Shown here: positions 28,001 to 40,400 of the stretch, piece by piece
Position numbering within the stretch: the stretch's first letter is position 1
How the letters are laid out: the number at the start of each line of letters is the position of its first letter
Made by a program: the position numbers and the translations under genes
Notes under the pieces: generated by a model
What the model was told of the DNA's origin: nothing
What the model saw: only the letters and a program-made list of their open reading frames with translations
The model's database searches: none
Source of the DNA: Camelus ferus
Lineage: Eukaryota
Length of the DNA: 64,000 nucleotides
Direction: 5' to 3'
Assembly: GCF_009834535.1 (NCBI RefSeq)
Contig: NC_045707.1
Location: forward strand, 53,074,001-53,138,000

Positions 28001-31000
28001 ACTCTTCACAAAAATACTTGTTGGGGAATTAGAAAAGGTTCCTAAGGCAGGCATTTATTTTTGTTATCTTGGCAATGTAGTCAACAAATAATTGCCACCA
28101 AAGGACTAGTTTGGAATGGATTTGGCAGTTAAATATTTTACTGAAATCGGAGATAGTTGCTGACAACTTCAGAGCATTTCTTCTCATCTTCACCCTCTGC
28201 TGTCAGCTCCCTTTTCCCCAACTGTCAACAGTTTGAGGCTGTTACCACTGCATTAACCTCAGTTATATTCAATCTTCCACATGTTTTGTTGATTAATTTG
28301 TGTTGCTTGGATTAGGGCTTATGTTGGTGCCTTCCAGCCTCTGTGTTTCTGTTCCTAGTCCAAATCTGTAACTTACTTTGTTCAAGTGAAAAAGCTTCCC
28401 CAGTTAGCATTGCTCTGCCACTGTTGCGGCTGACAGGAGAAACAGAAACGGCACAGGCTGGAGAGCGGGAAGACATTAGATTACATGAAAGTTTCATGTG
28501 TTATTACATAAAGTGTAATGTTCTTATTACACAAAAGTGTGGAGCCTGTAAATTAGTAAGATAAAATCTAATTATTTCAAGTTCGTTCTTTGGCATTTTT
28601 GCAAACTGAAGCCGTTGATTCGTGCCTTCTGCTTTCAGTTGCCTGTGCCCCTGGAATCTGTGAAGGAGATGCTTAATTCCGTCATGCAGGAACTCGATGA
28701 CTACAGTGAAGGAGGTCCTTTTTATAAAAATGGTTCCTTGCGAAATGCAGATTCAGAAATGAAACATTCGACACCATCTCCCACAAAATATTCTCTGTCA
28801 CCAAGTAAAAGTTACAAGGTAAGTGGGGAAGAAATGAATCTTTCCACACTGCAGGGTATGTTGCTGTTCTAAATGTTCTAAGTCCTGTCTTGTTATTTTT
28901 TCAGTATTCTCCCAGAACACCACCACGATGGGCAGAAGATCAAAATTCTTTATTGAAAATGATCTGCCAGCAGGTGGAGGCCATTAAGGTAAATCACTCA
29001 GGTTCTCTGAACTGTGCCTCTCCTATTCCAGGTTCCTTCTTTGGCCACTTTCTCACTCCCTTCCAGCCCTGTTCAGAAGGTCCCTTGGCCACACAATGGC
29101 AGACTCATACTCTGTTTCACATACTTCCATCGTGACATTTGCCATATTTATGAAATTACGTGTGTGTCTGCATCCTCCCCTAGATGTGACTTTCACAGGT
29201 GGAGACTCTTACCCAGAACATAGTGTTGCTCCTGGTACAGAGGAGATTCCGAAGTGATTGAATTGAACTAGTGAAATATGTATTCATACCTTGGTCTGTG
29301 AGCTCATGTCTCAGACTGACTGTGGTTGTATGTGTCATATTTATAGCTCAGATTTCACAAGGGGTCTAAACTTCAAAAGGTCTCCTTTTTGATATTTCAT
29401 GTGAATTTAACTTAATTTTATGAAGAAATAGTTATGTGTATGTGATCATATTTTATAACTATATGAAGGTGACCCTAAGTATAACAGTCCAAGGAGCTTT
29501 ATTTTACTTCTTTGAAATGGGAAGTACAAGTAAATTGTTTCATTTTCTTTGGTAAGAACTAAATTATTCCTACTGCTAGTTACACCAGAGAAGTCTTGTG
29601 TGTGTGTGATTATTGCAGTACTGTCAGCAGTGTGTAAGATCGACAGAATCTTTGTTCCCCTCCAAGCAGCACTTTTTGTGTGAACTGTGTAGACTCGTGG
29701 CCTATTAAATAGTACACATTTACTGTCTAGGTTTCTGGCGCCCAGCCTTGTACTCCTGGCAGCACTGGTCATGGAGTGCCAGTCCGTGTGCCGGAAAACT
29801 GGCTTCTGGTACCGACAGCCACTGACTCGTGGTCTCGAGCCAGGCACTTCCTTATCTTTCTCTCTGTTTGGCTTCTCACCTGTAAAGTGAGAATTGTACA
29901 ACCAGTTTCTATCACATGTTCTGGTTTGAATTCTTAAAATTGTGATTATAGATTTAATTGCATGTTCTAAGTTATGGCCTGGATACCAGTCGTGACCAGC
30001 AAAGTTTTCCGGTTGATTGCATCAGTTTCTTCTGTTTTTTTTTTTTTATAGATGTGTAGCATCTGAATTAGACACAGTAGATGGATGAATGGGGAAGTTT
30101 TTATTTAGTTTGGAAATTCGGATATTTTTTACCTCAGTAGCTATAGCTTTGGGAAATTTCTGTTCCTAAAACACTTGTAGAAGAAGAGAGCAGAAATGCC
30201 GGGTCTGTGTCTGACCTCAAATAACTTACTATTCCTGACAAGTGCCTGCTTTGTAGGTTCTGGGGGTGGGGAAGGGGGTTGTCATTTGGTTGTCCAGAAA
30301 GTGATAGATCTGATTGCTATCCACTAGTGTCATTAGAAGACAGTATGTCTGCCGCTTTGTAACTGTCAGAATTAAGAAGTGCCTGGAGTGCATTATTGTC
30401 TACGTAATATATTCTGAGCAAGCATCACTTGTTTTCCCTTTCCTGGTAGAGCATTTGAGCATTACCTGAAACATTAGCAGTGTTCCATGCAGCGTATGCG
30501 GTGAGTGGGAAGCTAATATTGGGAGGTAGTTTGGAATGTGGGTGGTCCAGGTGGCTGAGGAGTAAAGCAGTGTGGAATGAGGATGCTGGAAGGATTGAAA
30601 TTGAGGTGATACTGCTTAGGACCTTCAGCGTCAGAGGAGTTTAATTTGTAGGCCCTAGTTTCCTTGAGCAGAGAAGTGTCTTGGCTGGAATGGAACTTCA
30701 GAGAGGTTATTTGAGCACATGTGGGATAGAAACGGAGATGCGGCCACTTAGGCAGTTGTCCTATTGTTTAGGTTAGAGCTGCCTCTGAATTCTGGAGTGA
30801 GTGAGTTAGGTGACAGCACTAAGAAACCAGAGAAGGGAGCAAATACAAGTTCTAACAGATTTAAGGATCGCGTCTTAGACCAGCACCTGTTTCCGAATCT
30901 TACCAGAATATAGAATCTCTTAAAAAGGCATCACCAAGCATTAAGTTTGCTCTGGCACTGTTTCTGGTGATAGAATTGCTTTAAACTGTCTTCTTCCGAC

Positions 31001-34000
31001 AGAAAGAAATGCAGGAGTTGAGACTGAACAGCAGTAACTCGGGGTCCCCTCATCGCTGGCCTGCAGAGAACTATGGGCCAGACTCAGTGCCTGATGGACA
31101 TCAGGGGCCACAAAATTTTCATGGGGCCCCTCTGACGGGTGAGTTGGCAGCTGACTAATCCCAGGTGTTGGTAAAGTCACTGTGCTTCGTCCTCCCTTAC
31201 GTAGAGAACTTGTCTCTGTATGTTTATATGTGTATCTGTATATGTCTGCCTTTGTGTTACTTAAGCTGTGTTTGGTATTGCCAAGGCTTTTTATAAGCAG
31301 AAGCAAAACAAGCTTTATCTGATCCTGTTTATATCAAGGCTTAAAGAAACCCTTAAATGCACATCTCAAAGGCGCTGAGACTGAGGTGGAACTATGCCTT
31401 ATAATTGGAGAATGTTAACTAATAGTGTTGTACTTTAAAAGATGCCTAGCTAAGAACTTAAACTTCTGGGAATTATTTTGATGATATACTGAGAGGTATG
31501 ACATTCATAGGAAGTTTTATTTTGAAATACCACAGTCGCATATAGAAGGAAGGAGTTTGGAGCTAGATCATACAGGACTTGTAAGTTGTGCTCTGCCACT
31601 TACTGATCTCTCTGAGCCAGTTTGTCTTTTTGAAGGATAGAGATAATACTTGGCATCATGTGGTTGCTGTGAGCATGTGTGTGTGGAGGGTGCAGAGAGT
31701 GCTTCCTTTGGGTTGTCTGCGTGCAGAGGTGCTCTGTGTATGTAATCTAGTTTAATTACAGTAACGCAGAGTGTTAACCATTATTAACCATTATTAACCC
31801 GTTTTTTAGATGAGGGACTGGGTCAGGAAGGGTTAGGTGACTCAGCTGTTACTGTACAGCCAGCACCAGTAGAGCTGGGTTCACACTCCAGTGCTCTAAC
31901 ATTAAAGCCACTTGCCCCCATTAGCCAGAAGTGATGGTAAAAATGGGTTTCTCTTACATGAGACAGATTGCTGACATGGTGGTAGTGCATATTTTTTTCC
32001 AGTTGGTTTTAATTCAAAAAAGACTGAGCGTGGTAGGGCCTAGTGCAGCACATTGGTGTGATGGTCTGGAGGGCCATGCTTAGGGAAGACCTGCTGTCTC
32101 CTAACAGTGTCCTCCCAGTGCGCATGAGATGACAGAACATCTTTGTAAAGGCCAGCTCACTGCATGAGCTGAGTCATAGTATAAATGTGTGAGAAGTCAA
32201 GAGTTTTAAGCATCACTTACTTTGAACCCTGTGTGCTGCATAGAGCCTGGTGTGGAGAAGTTAAGCTGGGCGGCCGGCCTCTTCCAGGGCTTCCTCTGGG
32301 CTGTGCGTTCATCACTTGGCACCTCGTGGGTCACAGTCCCATCTTATCCTCCTGTGTGCCGGCGTCACAGGTCTTCTGCTTGTTTAAACACACAGAAACA
32401 TACCATTCACGGTGTCTCATTTCATTCTTGCAATACCCCTGTGGAACGTGTAGAGCAGCACATCCTCATTTTGCAGCTGAGGAGACGGAGAGCCCAGGCG
32501 GCTACTTGACAAGGTCTTGGGCAGCTTAGGGGGCCTGGGAGGAGCGCTCAGATCTCCCAGTTCCTGCTCCTGTGTTCACAGACGTTTTTTCTTAATGAAA
32601 GTACAGGTGTGCCAAGGTGGTCCTTGTCTTTTTAAAATAAGGTGATTAAAAAACAATTAGTAAACTTATAGTAAGGAGACACTCAGAAGTACTGAACAGT
32701 GTAAAGAAAACTGAAAACTAAACACATCACGGAGAGCCCTGCCAGCGTTTTGGAGCATTTCCTTCTGGTCTTTTTGTGTGTGTAGAGATTTTTTTAATGA
32801 GACTTTAACCGTGTTATCATGCTGTGTGGAGATGAGTCAGTCTTTTTTAAGTATTTCTCTAAGTTCTGAGCATTTTTCCACTGAACATTTTTTGACAGCA
32901 CCGTTGCTAAATACAAGGTGTCCCATCGTGTAGCAAATTTTATTCCTTTATTTGTTTATTTCTAGTTGCTGCTATTATAAATGGTGCTGTGGACACAGTC
33001 CTGAGATCGTAGGGTATTGGAGAAGTCCTTCCCTGTTGGGAAACTGCTTTCCTGAAAAGCCGTGCAGCTTTTACACTCACCCCTAGTGTCTGCTGGTGCC
33101 CGTCTCCTTGCAGTCTTGCCGAGGGGTAACTGCTATCAGTGTATAAAACCTTTGCCAGTTTTTAAAAACAAAAATAGTATCAGCTTTTAAGTTTGTTGGA
33201 GTTTTTTTCTTTTTTTCTTTTTTTTACTACTAGGCATGCTCAACATTTTATAACCCTTTATATTTCCTGAGTTATTGTTCATTTGGTGCATTTTTCTATT
33301 AGATTTTTTTAGTAGGTTAATAAAACATCCGAGTTTATTTTTTTTCATGGTCACTGATGGAGGCACTAGTTACATTTCAGACTCTCTGATTCTTAGCTCG
33401 AATCCATCAGCTTGTCTATGTTCTATGCCTGTTTTCTCCCCAGAATATTTCACGGTGACCATCTTCAGGCAGTCCTGTTAGTTTTCCATGTTCAAACTTG
33501 TGCTTGTCCAGTGGCTCGGCCTCTCAGGGAACTGTCCCGAGAGGACAGACAAGCTAGCTCGCCTTTTCTCAGGCTTTCAGGGCTTTCTAGAGTCAGCTGG
33601 TCAGCACCTCTTGGGTCACAGTTAACTTCCAGTTCTTCTTCTATGTAAAGGTATAAATGGTCTTTAAGTTGTTTTGTTTTCTGATAAAACTTTCATTAAG
33701 CAGATCAAGCAAATAAATGATTGTTGGTTGTTTTTACCATTGACAGGAGTGTCTTTTAGTTGTTGGTTTCCTGGTGACACACAGGCACAAAACAGATTGA
33801 GCAAATAGTTTGGCCACGAGCTTGAGTGTCAGTCATGCTGTGCCCTTTTTACTCAGCCAGGGAACACGTTTTGTGTTGTGAGATCCTTCGCGTGAATTTG
33901 TCGGTGACTTTTGACCTGAACGTTCTCAGCTTGAGTTTATAAAGTGCAGTCTTGTCATCCTGCAGATCGTCAAAGCTCACTTCAGACACGTGGCCCCGAG

Positions 34001-34378
34001 GCCATCAGACGCGCTCTGGCTCCCGCAGTCCTTGCTGTGGCTCGCGCACCGCGTCTTTGACCCCGCACAGCTGCTTCTGCGTCGTGCCGTCTTCCCTTGG
34101 CAGCTGCCCTGCGCTCTCTCGGCCCCTCGGGTGCTTGCTGTGGGCTCGCTCTTGCTGCCCGCCTGCTGCTCCTCTCTCCCTCCTCGTGTGCCACACTTAG
34201 CAGTCATTCCCCGTTTGTCGTTGGATAATCTTCCTTGTGGTGAATTTTGATGTATAGAAATTTTTTAAAAACCTGTGTAGTTAAATCTCTCTTTGGTTTC
34301 TACTGGTTTTGTATTTATAGTTCTTGCCTAGGTAGTCCTAACTGCAGCATAGACTTTTTTAACAGTGTTTTCTTTCTT

Positions 34379-34411
<33 letters not shown>

Positions 34412-37400
34412 AGTTGCAACTACTGGCCCTTCAGTATATTATAGTCAGTCACCAGCATATAATTCCCAGTATCTTCTCAGACCAGCAGCTAATGTTACTC
34501 CCACAAAGGTAACAAAGGAATAATTTATACATTTATAAATATCTCCTTTTTAATTGTCCAGGCTTCCTACAAAAAAACTCAAGAAGTAGTTCACCATTAA
34601 TACTTTAATGTCCCACAAGATATAGATATTTTAAATTTCTTTCCTGATGTAGAAATTCTGCTTCAACGATATTAGTTGTCTAAATTTTATGTCACAGTAA
34701 GCGTGAACATTTAGAATATTTTAAGTGGGGGTGGGGGTGGGGTCTTCTTCATTCCGTTGTGACAGAAGCAGGCCTGGGTGTCCTCACCGGGCACTGTGTG
34801 CAGCCCTGACGCCAGGGCACTGTGCACAGTCCTCACAGGCCTGGCATGCTGCACTAAATGTCTACTGAGGCACAGGGCTTGGGTGCACCTAGACCCTGGC
34901 TCTTCTGCTCACCGTGACTTCGGGCAAGCTTCTTAACCTCTCTATGCATTAGTTGCCTCATATGTAAAATGAGGATAATACTTTAATTCATAGGGTTTTG
35001 AGGACATTAAAACGAGATGTTAAAGTGCTTAGAACTGTGCCGCGCGGCACACTAACAAGTGTTAGTCCTCATCTTCATCATCATCGTTAACATCATTTTT
35101 ACACCTTGTTCAGGAGGGAGGGGGTGTTATTGTATTGGGTACGTTGGAGGAGAATTAGATTTTTAAGGTGCTGTCATTACTTAAGGCAGTTTTCGTTACA
35201 TGCCAAGATGGACTAGAGCTGTAAGTATCTTTGTAGTCATGTCTTCTCGAGGCTGTGCTGCACACCCTGAGGATGCATTTACCTCGTAGTGCTCACGTTT
35301 AAGGGTGATGAGGTTTGGTTTGTATCTGGTTAACTTGTAGTCTTGCAGACAGCCTAGACAACCTACAAACATTTTAACTTTATTTTTCTTCTAGGGACCA
35401 GTTTATGGCATGAATAGGCTGCCGCCACAGCAGCACATCTACACCTACGCTCAGCAGATGCACACCCCCCCAGTGCAGAGCTCATCTGCCTGTATGTTCT
35501 CCCAGGACATGTATGGTCCCCCGCTGCGTTTTGAGTCTCCTGCAACAGGAATTCTCTCACCCAGGAGTGACGATTACTTTAATTACAACGTTCAACAGAC
35601 AAGCACAAATCCACCTCTGCCAGAACCAGGGTATTTCACAAAACCTCCAGTTGCAGCTCATGCTTCAAGATCTGCAGAATCTAAGGTTATAGAATTTGGG
35701 AAACCCAATTTTGTTCAGCCTGTACCAGGCGAAGGAATAAGGCCATCTCTGGCAGCACCTGCACATCCAGCACAGCCCACTTCTTTTAAATTTAACTCAA
35801 ATTTCAAATCAAATGATGGTGACTTCACATTTTCCTCACCACAGGTTGTGGCACAGCCCCCTTCTACGACTTACAATAATAGTGAAAGCCTTTTAGGTCT
35901 CCTGACTTCAGATAAGCCTTTGCAAGGAGACAGCTACAGTGGACCAAAAGCTGCTCAGACCATTGGACCTCGAAATACATTCAATTTCGGAAGCAAAAAT
36001 GTGCCTGAAATTTCATTTACTGAAAACATGGGCCCAAATCAGCAAAAGAATTCTGGTTTTCGGCGCAGTGAGGAAACGTTTACTTTCCACAGTCCAGGGA
36101 AGTCAGTGTTTGGAGCACCTGCCGCAGAGCCGGCCAACAGGAGTCCCGAAGCAGACGGTGGGAGTGCCCATGGAGAGGACGATGAGGATGGTCCCCACTT
36201 TGAGCCGGTGGTGCCTCTCCCCGATAAGATTGAAGTGAAGACTGGCGAGGAGGACGAGGAAGAGTATTTCTGCAATCGTGCAAAGTTGTTCCGTTTTGAT
36301 GGAGGATCCAGAGAGTGGAAGGAGCGTGGAGTTGGCAATGTAAAGATCCTGAGACACAAAACCTCTGGGAAGATCCGCCTTCTGATGAGGCGCGAGCAAG
36401 TGCTGAAGATCTGTGCAAATCACTACATCAGCCCAGACACGGCCCTGGCGCCCATGGCGGGCTCAGACCGGTCCTTCGTGTGGTGCGCTCTGGACTACGC
36501 AGACGAGTCGCCCAAACCAGAGCAGCTCGCTATCAGGTTCAAGACGCCTGAGGAAGCAGCACTTTTTAAGTGCAAGTTTGAAGAGGCCCAGAGCCTGTTG
36601 AAAGCCTCTGGAGCAAACATAGCCACAACCACAAGTCAGGCTGCGAGAACTGTAAAAGAACCCACAAGTCACGATAGTACAGATATCTGCAAACCTGATG
36701 CTGGAAACATGAATTTTGAATTTCAAGTTGCAAAGAAAGAAGGGTCTTGGTGGCATTGTAACAGCTGCTCGTTAAGGAATGCTGCAACTGCTAAGAAGTG
36801 TGTATCGTGCCAAAACCTCAACCCAAGCAGTAAAGACCTCCTTGGCCCACCATTAGTTGAAACTGTTTCCACTCCTAAAACTAGTTCAGAAAGTGCTCCA
36901 GAAAGATTTGCATTGATGGCGCCAAAGAAAGAAGGTCACTGGGATTGTAGTGTCTGTTTAGTTAGAAATGAACCCACTGTGTCTAGATGCATTGCATGCC
37001 GGAATACAAAGTCTGCTAGCAAAAGTGGATCTCCATTTGTTCAGCAACCTTCCTTTAAATTTGGCCAAGGAGATCTTCCTAAGTCTGCCAGCAGTGATTT
37101 CAGATCTGTTTTTTCAATAAAAGAAGGGCAGTGGGATTGCAGCGTTTGCTTGGTGCGAAATGAAGGAAGCTCTACCAGATGTGTGGCTTGTGAGAATCCC
37201 AGAAAACAGAGTGTACCTGCTTCTGCTGTCCCAGCTCCTGCCTCTTTTAAGTTTGGTTCTTCAGAGACAAACAAGGCTCCAGAGAGTGGATTTGAAGGAG
37301 TGTTCGCCAAGAAGGAGGGACAGTGGGGTTGCAGTTTGTGCTTAGTGCAGAATGAGGCAGGCGTGGCCCAGTGTGTGGCCTGTCAGAATCCACGGAGACA

Positions 37401-40400
37401 GAATCCACCCACTCCCGCTGCCCCTGCCCCTGCCCCTGCCGAGGTGAGCAAGGCTCCAAAGAGTGGGCTTGAAGGGCTGTTCCCCAAGAAGGAAGGGCAG
37501 TGGGATTGCAGCGTTTGCTTGGTGCCAAATGAAGGAAGCTCTGCCAGATGTGTGGCTTGTCAGAATCCCAGAAAACAGAGTGTACCTGCTTCTGCTGCCC
37601 CAGCTCCTGCCTCTTTTAAGTTTGGTTCTTCAGAGACAAGCAAGGCTCCAGAGAGTGGACTTGAAGAAGAGGCATTCCCCAAGAAGGAAGGACAGTGGGA
37701 TTGTGGTGTTTGCTCTGTGCTAAATGAGAGTTCTTCCTTAAAATGCTTGGCTTGTGATGCCTCTAAACCAGCCCATAAACCTGTTGCAGAAGAACCTTCA
37801 GCTTTCTCATTGGGCTCAACAGCTAAGGTAAACGACTCTTCTGGAAGTCAGGTGGGAACAGGATTTAAAAATAACTTTTCAGAAAAAGCCTTTAAATATG
37901 GCAACTCAGAACAAGGATTTAAATTTGGGCATGTGGATCAAGAAAATGTACCTTCGTTTAAATTTCAGGGTTCTTCCAGCACAGAGTCTAGGTCAACAAA
38001 AGAAGGATTTAGTTTTTCTGTTCCCATGCCTGCTGATGGGTTTAAATTTGGCATTCAGGAGACGGGAAATCAGGAGGAGAAGAGTGAAAAGCCCCTTGAA
38101 AGCGACTCTGGTCGTCAGGCTCAGGAAGCAGGCGGCCAGAAGGACGGGGCTGCCGTAGGCTTCGGCCAGGCTGGCAGCACTTTCACCTTTGCAGACCTTG
38201 CGAAGTCAACTTCAGGAGAAGGCTTTCAGTTTGGCAAAAAAGACCCTGACTTCAAGGGATTTTCGGGTGCTGGAGAGAAATTATTCTCATCACAAAGTGG
38301 TAAGATGGCTGATCAGGCAGACACCTGTGCTGACCTTGAGAAAGACGATGATAAGACGGAGGACAGTGACGACATCCACTTTGAACCTGTCGTCCAGATG
38401 CCTGAGAAGGTGGAGCTCGTCACGGGGGAGGAGGATGAGAAAGTTCTTTACTCACAGCGTGTGAAATTATTCAGGTTTGATGCCGAGATAAGTCAGTGGA
38501 AAGAAAGGGGTTTGGGGAACTTAAAAATTCTCAAAAATGAAGTCAACGGCAAACTGAGAATGCTGATGCGGAGAGAGCAGGTGCTGAAAGTGTGTGCCAA
38601 CCACTGGATCACCACCACCATGCATCTGAAGCCCCTCTCTGGGTCGGACAGGGCCTGGATGTGGCTGGCTAGTGACTTTTCTGATGGCAACGCCAAACTG
38701 GAGCAGCTGGCAGCAAAATTCAAGACCCCCGAGCTGGCTGAGGAGTTCAAGCAGAAGTTTGAGGAATGCCAGCGACTTCTGTTAGACATACCACTGCAGA
38801 CGCCCCATAAGCTCGTGGACACTGGCCGAGCCGCCAAGTTAATACAGAGGGCTGAAGAGATGAAGAGTGGGCTGAAAGACTTCAAAACGTTTCTGACCAG
38901 TGATCAGATGAAAGTCACCGACCAAGAGAGTAAGAGCCCAGGGGCGGGCGCTGCAAGCGCTGAGGACGCCAGCAGCCTGCCGAATCCGGAGCACAGCGGG
39001 CCCGCCCTGGAGTGGGACAGCTACGACCTGCGGGAGGACGCCCTGGATGGCGGCGGCTCGGTGCACACCTCGCCCCTGGCCAGCAGCCCCGTGAGGAAAA
39101 ATCTCTTCCGCTTTGGTGAGTCAACCACCGGGTTCAACTTCAGTTTTAAATCTGCTTTGAGTCCATCTAAGTCTCCTGCCAAGTTGAATCAGAGTGGGGC
39201 CTCCGTGGGCACCGATGAAGATTCGGACATCACCCAGGAGGAGGAGAGGGATGGGCAGCACTTCGAGCCCGTGGTCCCTCTGCCGGATCTCGTCGAGGTG
39301 TCTAGCGGTGAGGAGAATGAGCAGGTGGTGTTCAGTCACAGGGCAAAGCTCTACAGGTACGACAGAGATGCGGGGCAGTGGAAGGAGAGGGGCATCGGCG
39401 ACATAAAGATCCTGCAAAACTACGACAGCAGGCAGGGCCGCGTGGTGATGCGGAGGGATCAGGTGTTGAAACTCTGCGCCAACCACAGAATAACTCCAGA
39501 CATGACTTTGCAGAGCATGAAGGGGACAGAGCGAGTGTGGGTGTGGACTGCGTGTGACTTTGCAGACGGAGAAAGAAAGGTGGAACACTTAGCCGTCCGC
39601 TTTAAATTACAGGATGTTGCAGACTCGTTTAAGAAAATATTTGATGAAGCAAAAATAGCCCAAGAAAAAGATCTTTTGATAACACCTCATGTTTCTCGTT
39701 CTGCCACTCCCAGAGAGTCACCGTGTGGCAAAATTGCCGTGGCTGTGTTAGAAGAAACCACGAGGGAGCGGACGGATTTGGTTCAGGGTGATGTGGCCGA
39801 TACGACCTCAGAAGTTGGAGTGTCTAGCACGTCTGAAACAACAAAAGCAGTGGTTTCACCTCCAAAATTTGTGTTTGGTTCTGAGTCTGTTAAGAGCATT
39901 TTCAGTAGTGAAAAATCAAAGCCATTTGCATTTGGCAATAGTTCAGCTACTGGGTCCTTGTTTGGGTTTAGTTTTAATGCACCTTTGAAAAGCAGCAGTA
40001 GTGAAACCAGTTCAGCCCAGAGTGGATCTGAAAGAAGCATGGGGCCGGGTGGTGACGAGTTGTCGCAGAGCTCTGACCCTGGACCAGCTCCTGACGGCAG
40101 TGCCAGAAACCTCACTCCTGTGTTACCGAAGGAAGAGTCCACAAGTGGTCACACGTTCAAAACACCAGAAAGGGGTAAGCACTCACTCGTCTTTAGATTC
40201 AGCAGAATCTTCCTCCCTCCCTCCCTTTTCGTAGGCGGCTGGGATGTTTTAGTAAAGGTCGGGTTGTTAACACAGTGCTTTGTGAACAGCCAAAACAAAA
40301 TTGTGCAAATTTTTTTCTCCTTCAGCCAGTTTACCCGTGAGTATCTGCACAGGAGCAGGCAGTGGGCGAGCTGCTCAGGAGGTTTCAGTGACCCGGAGGT

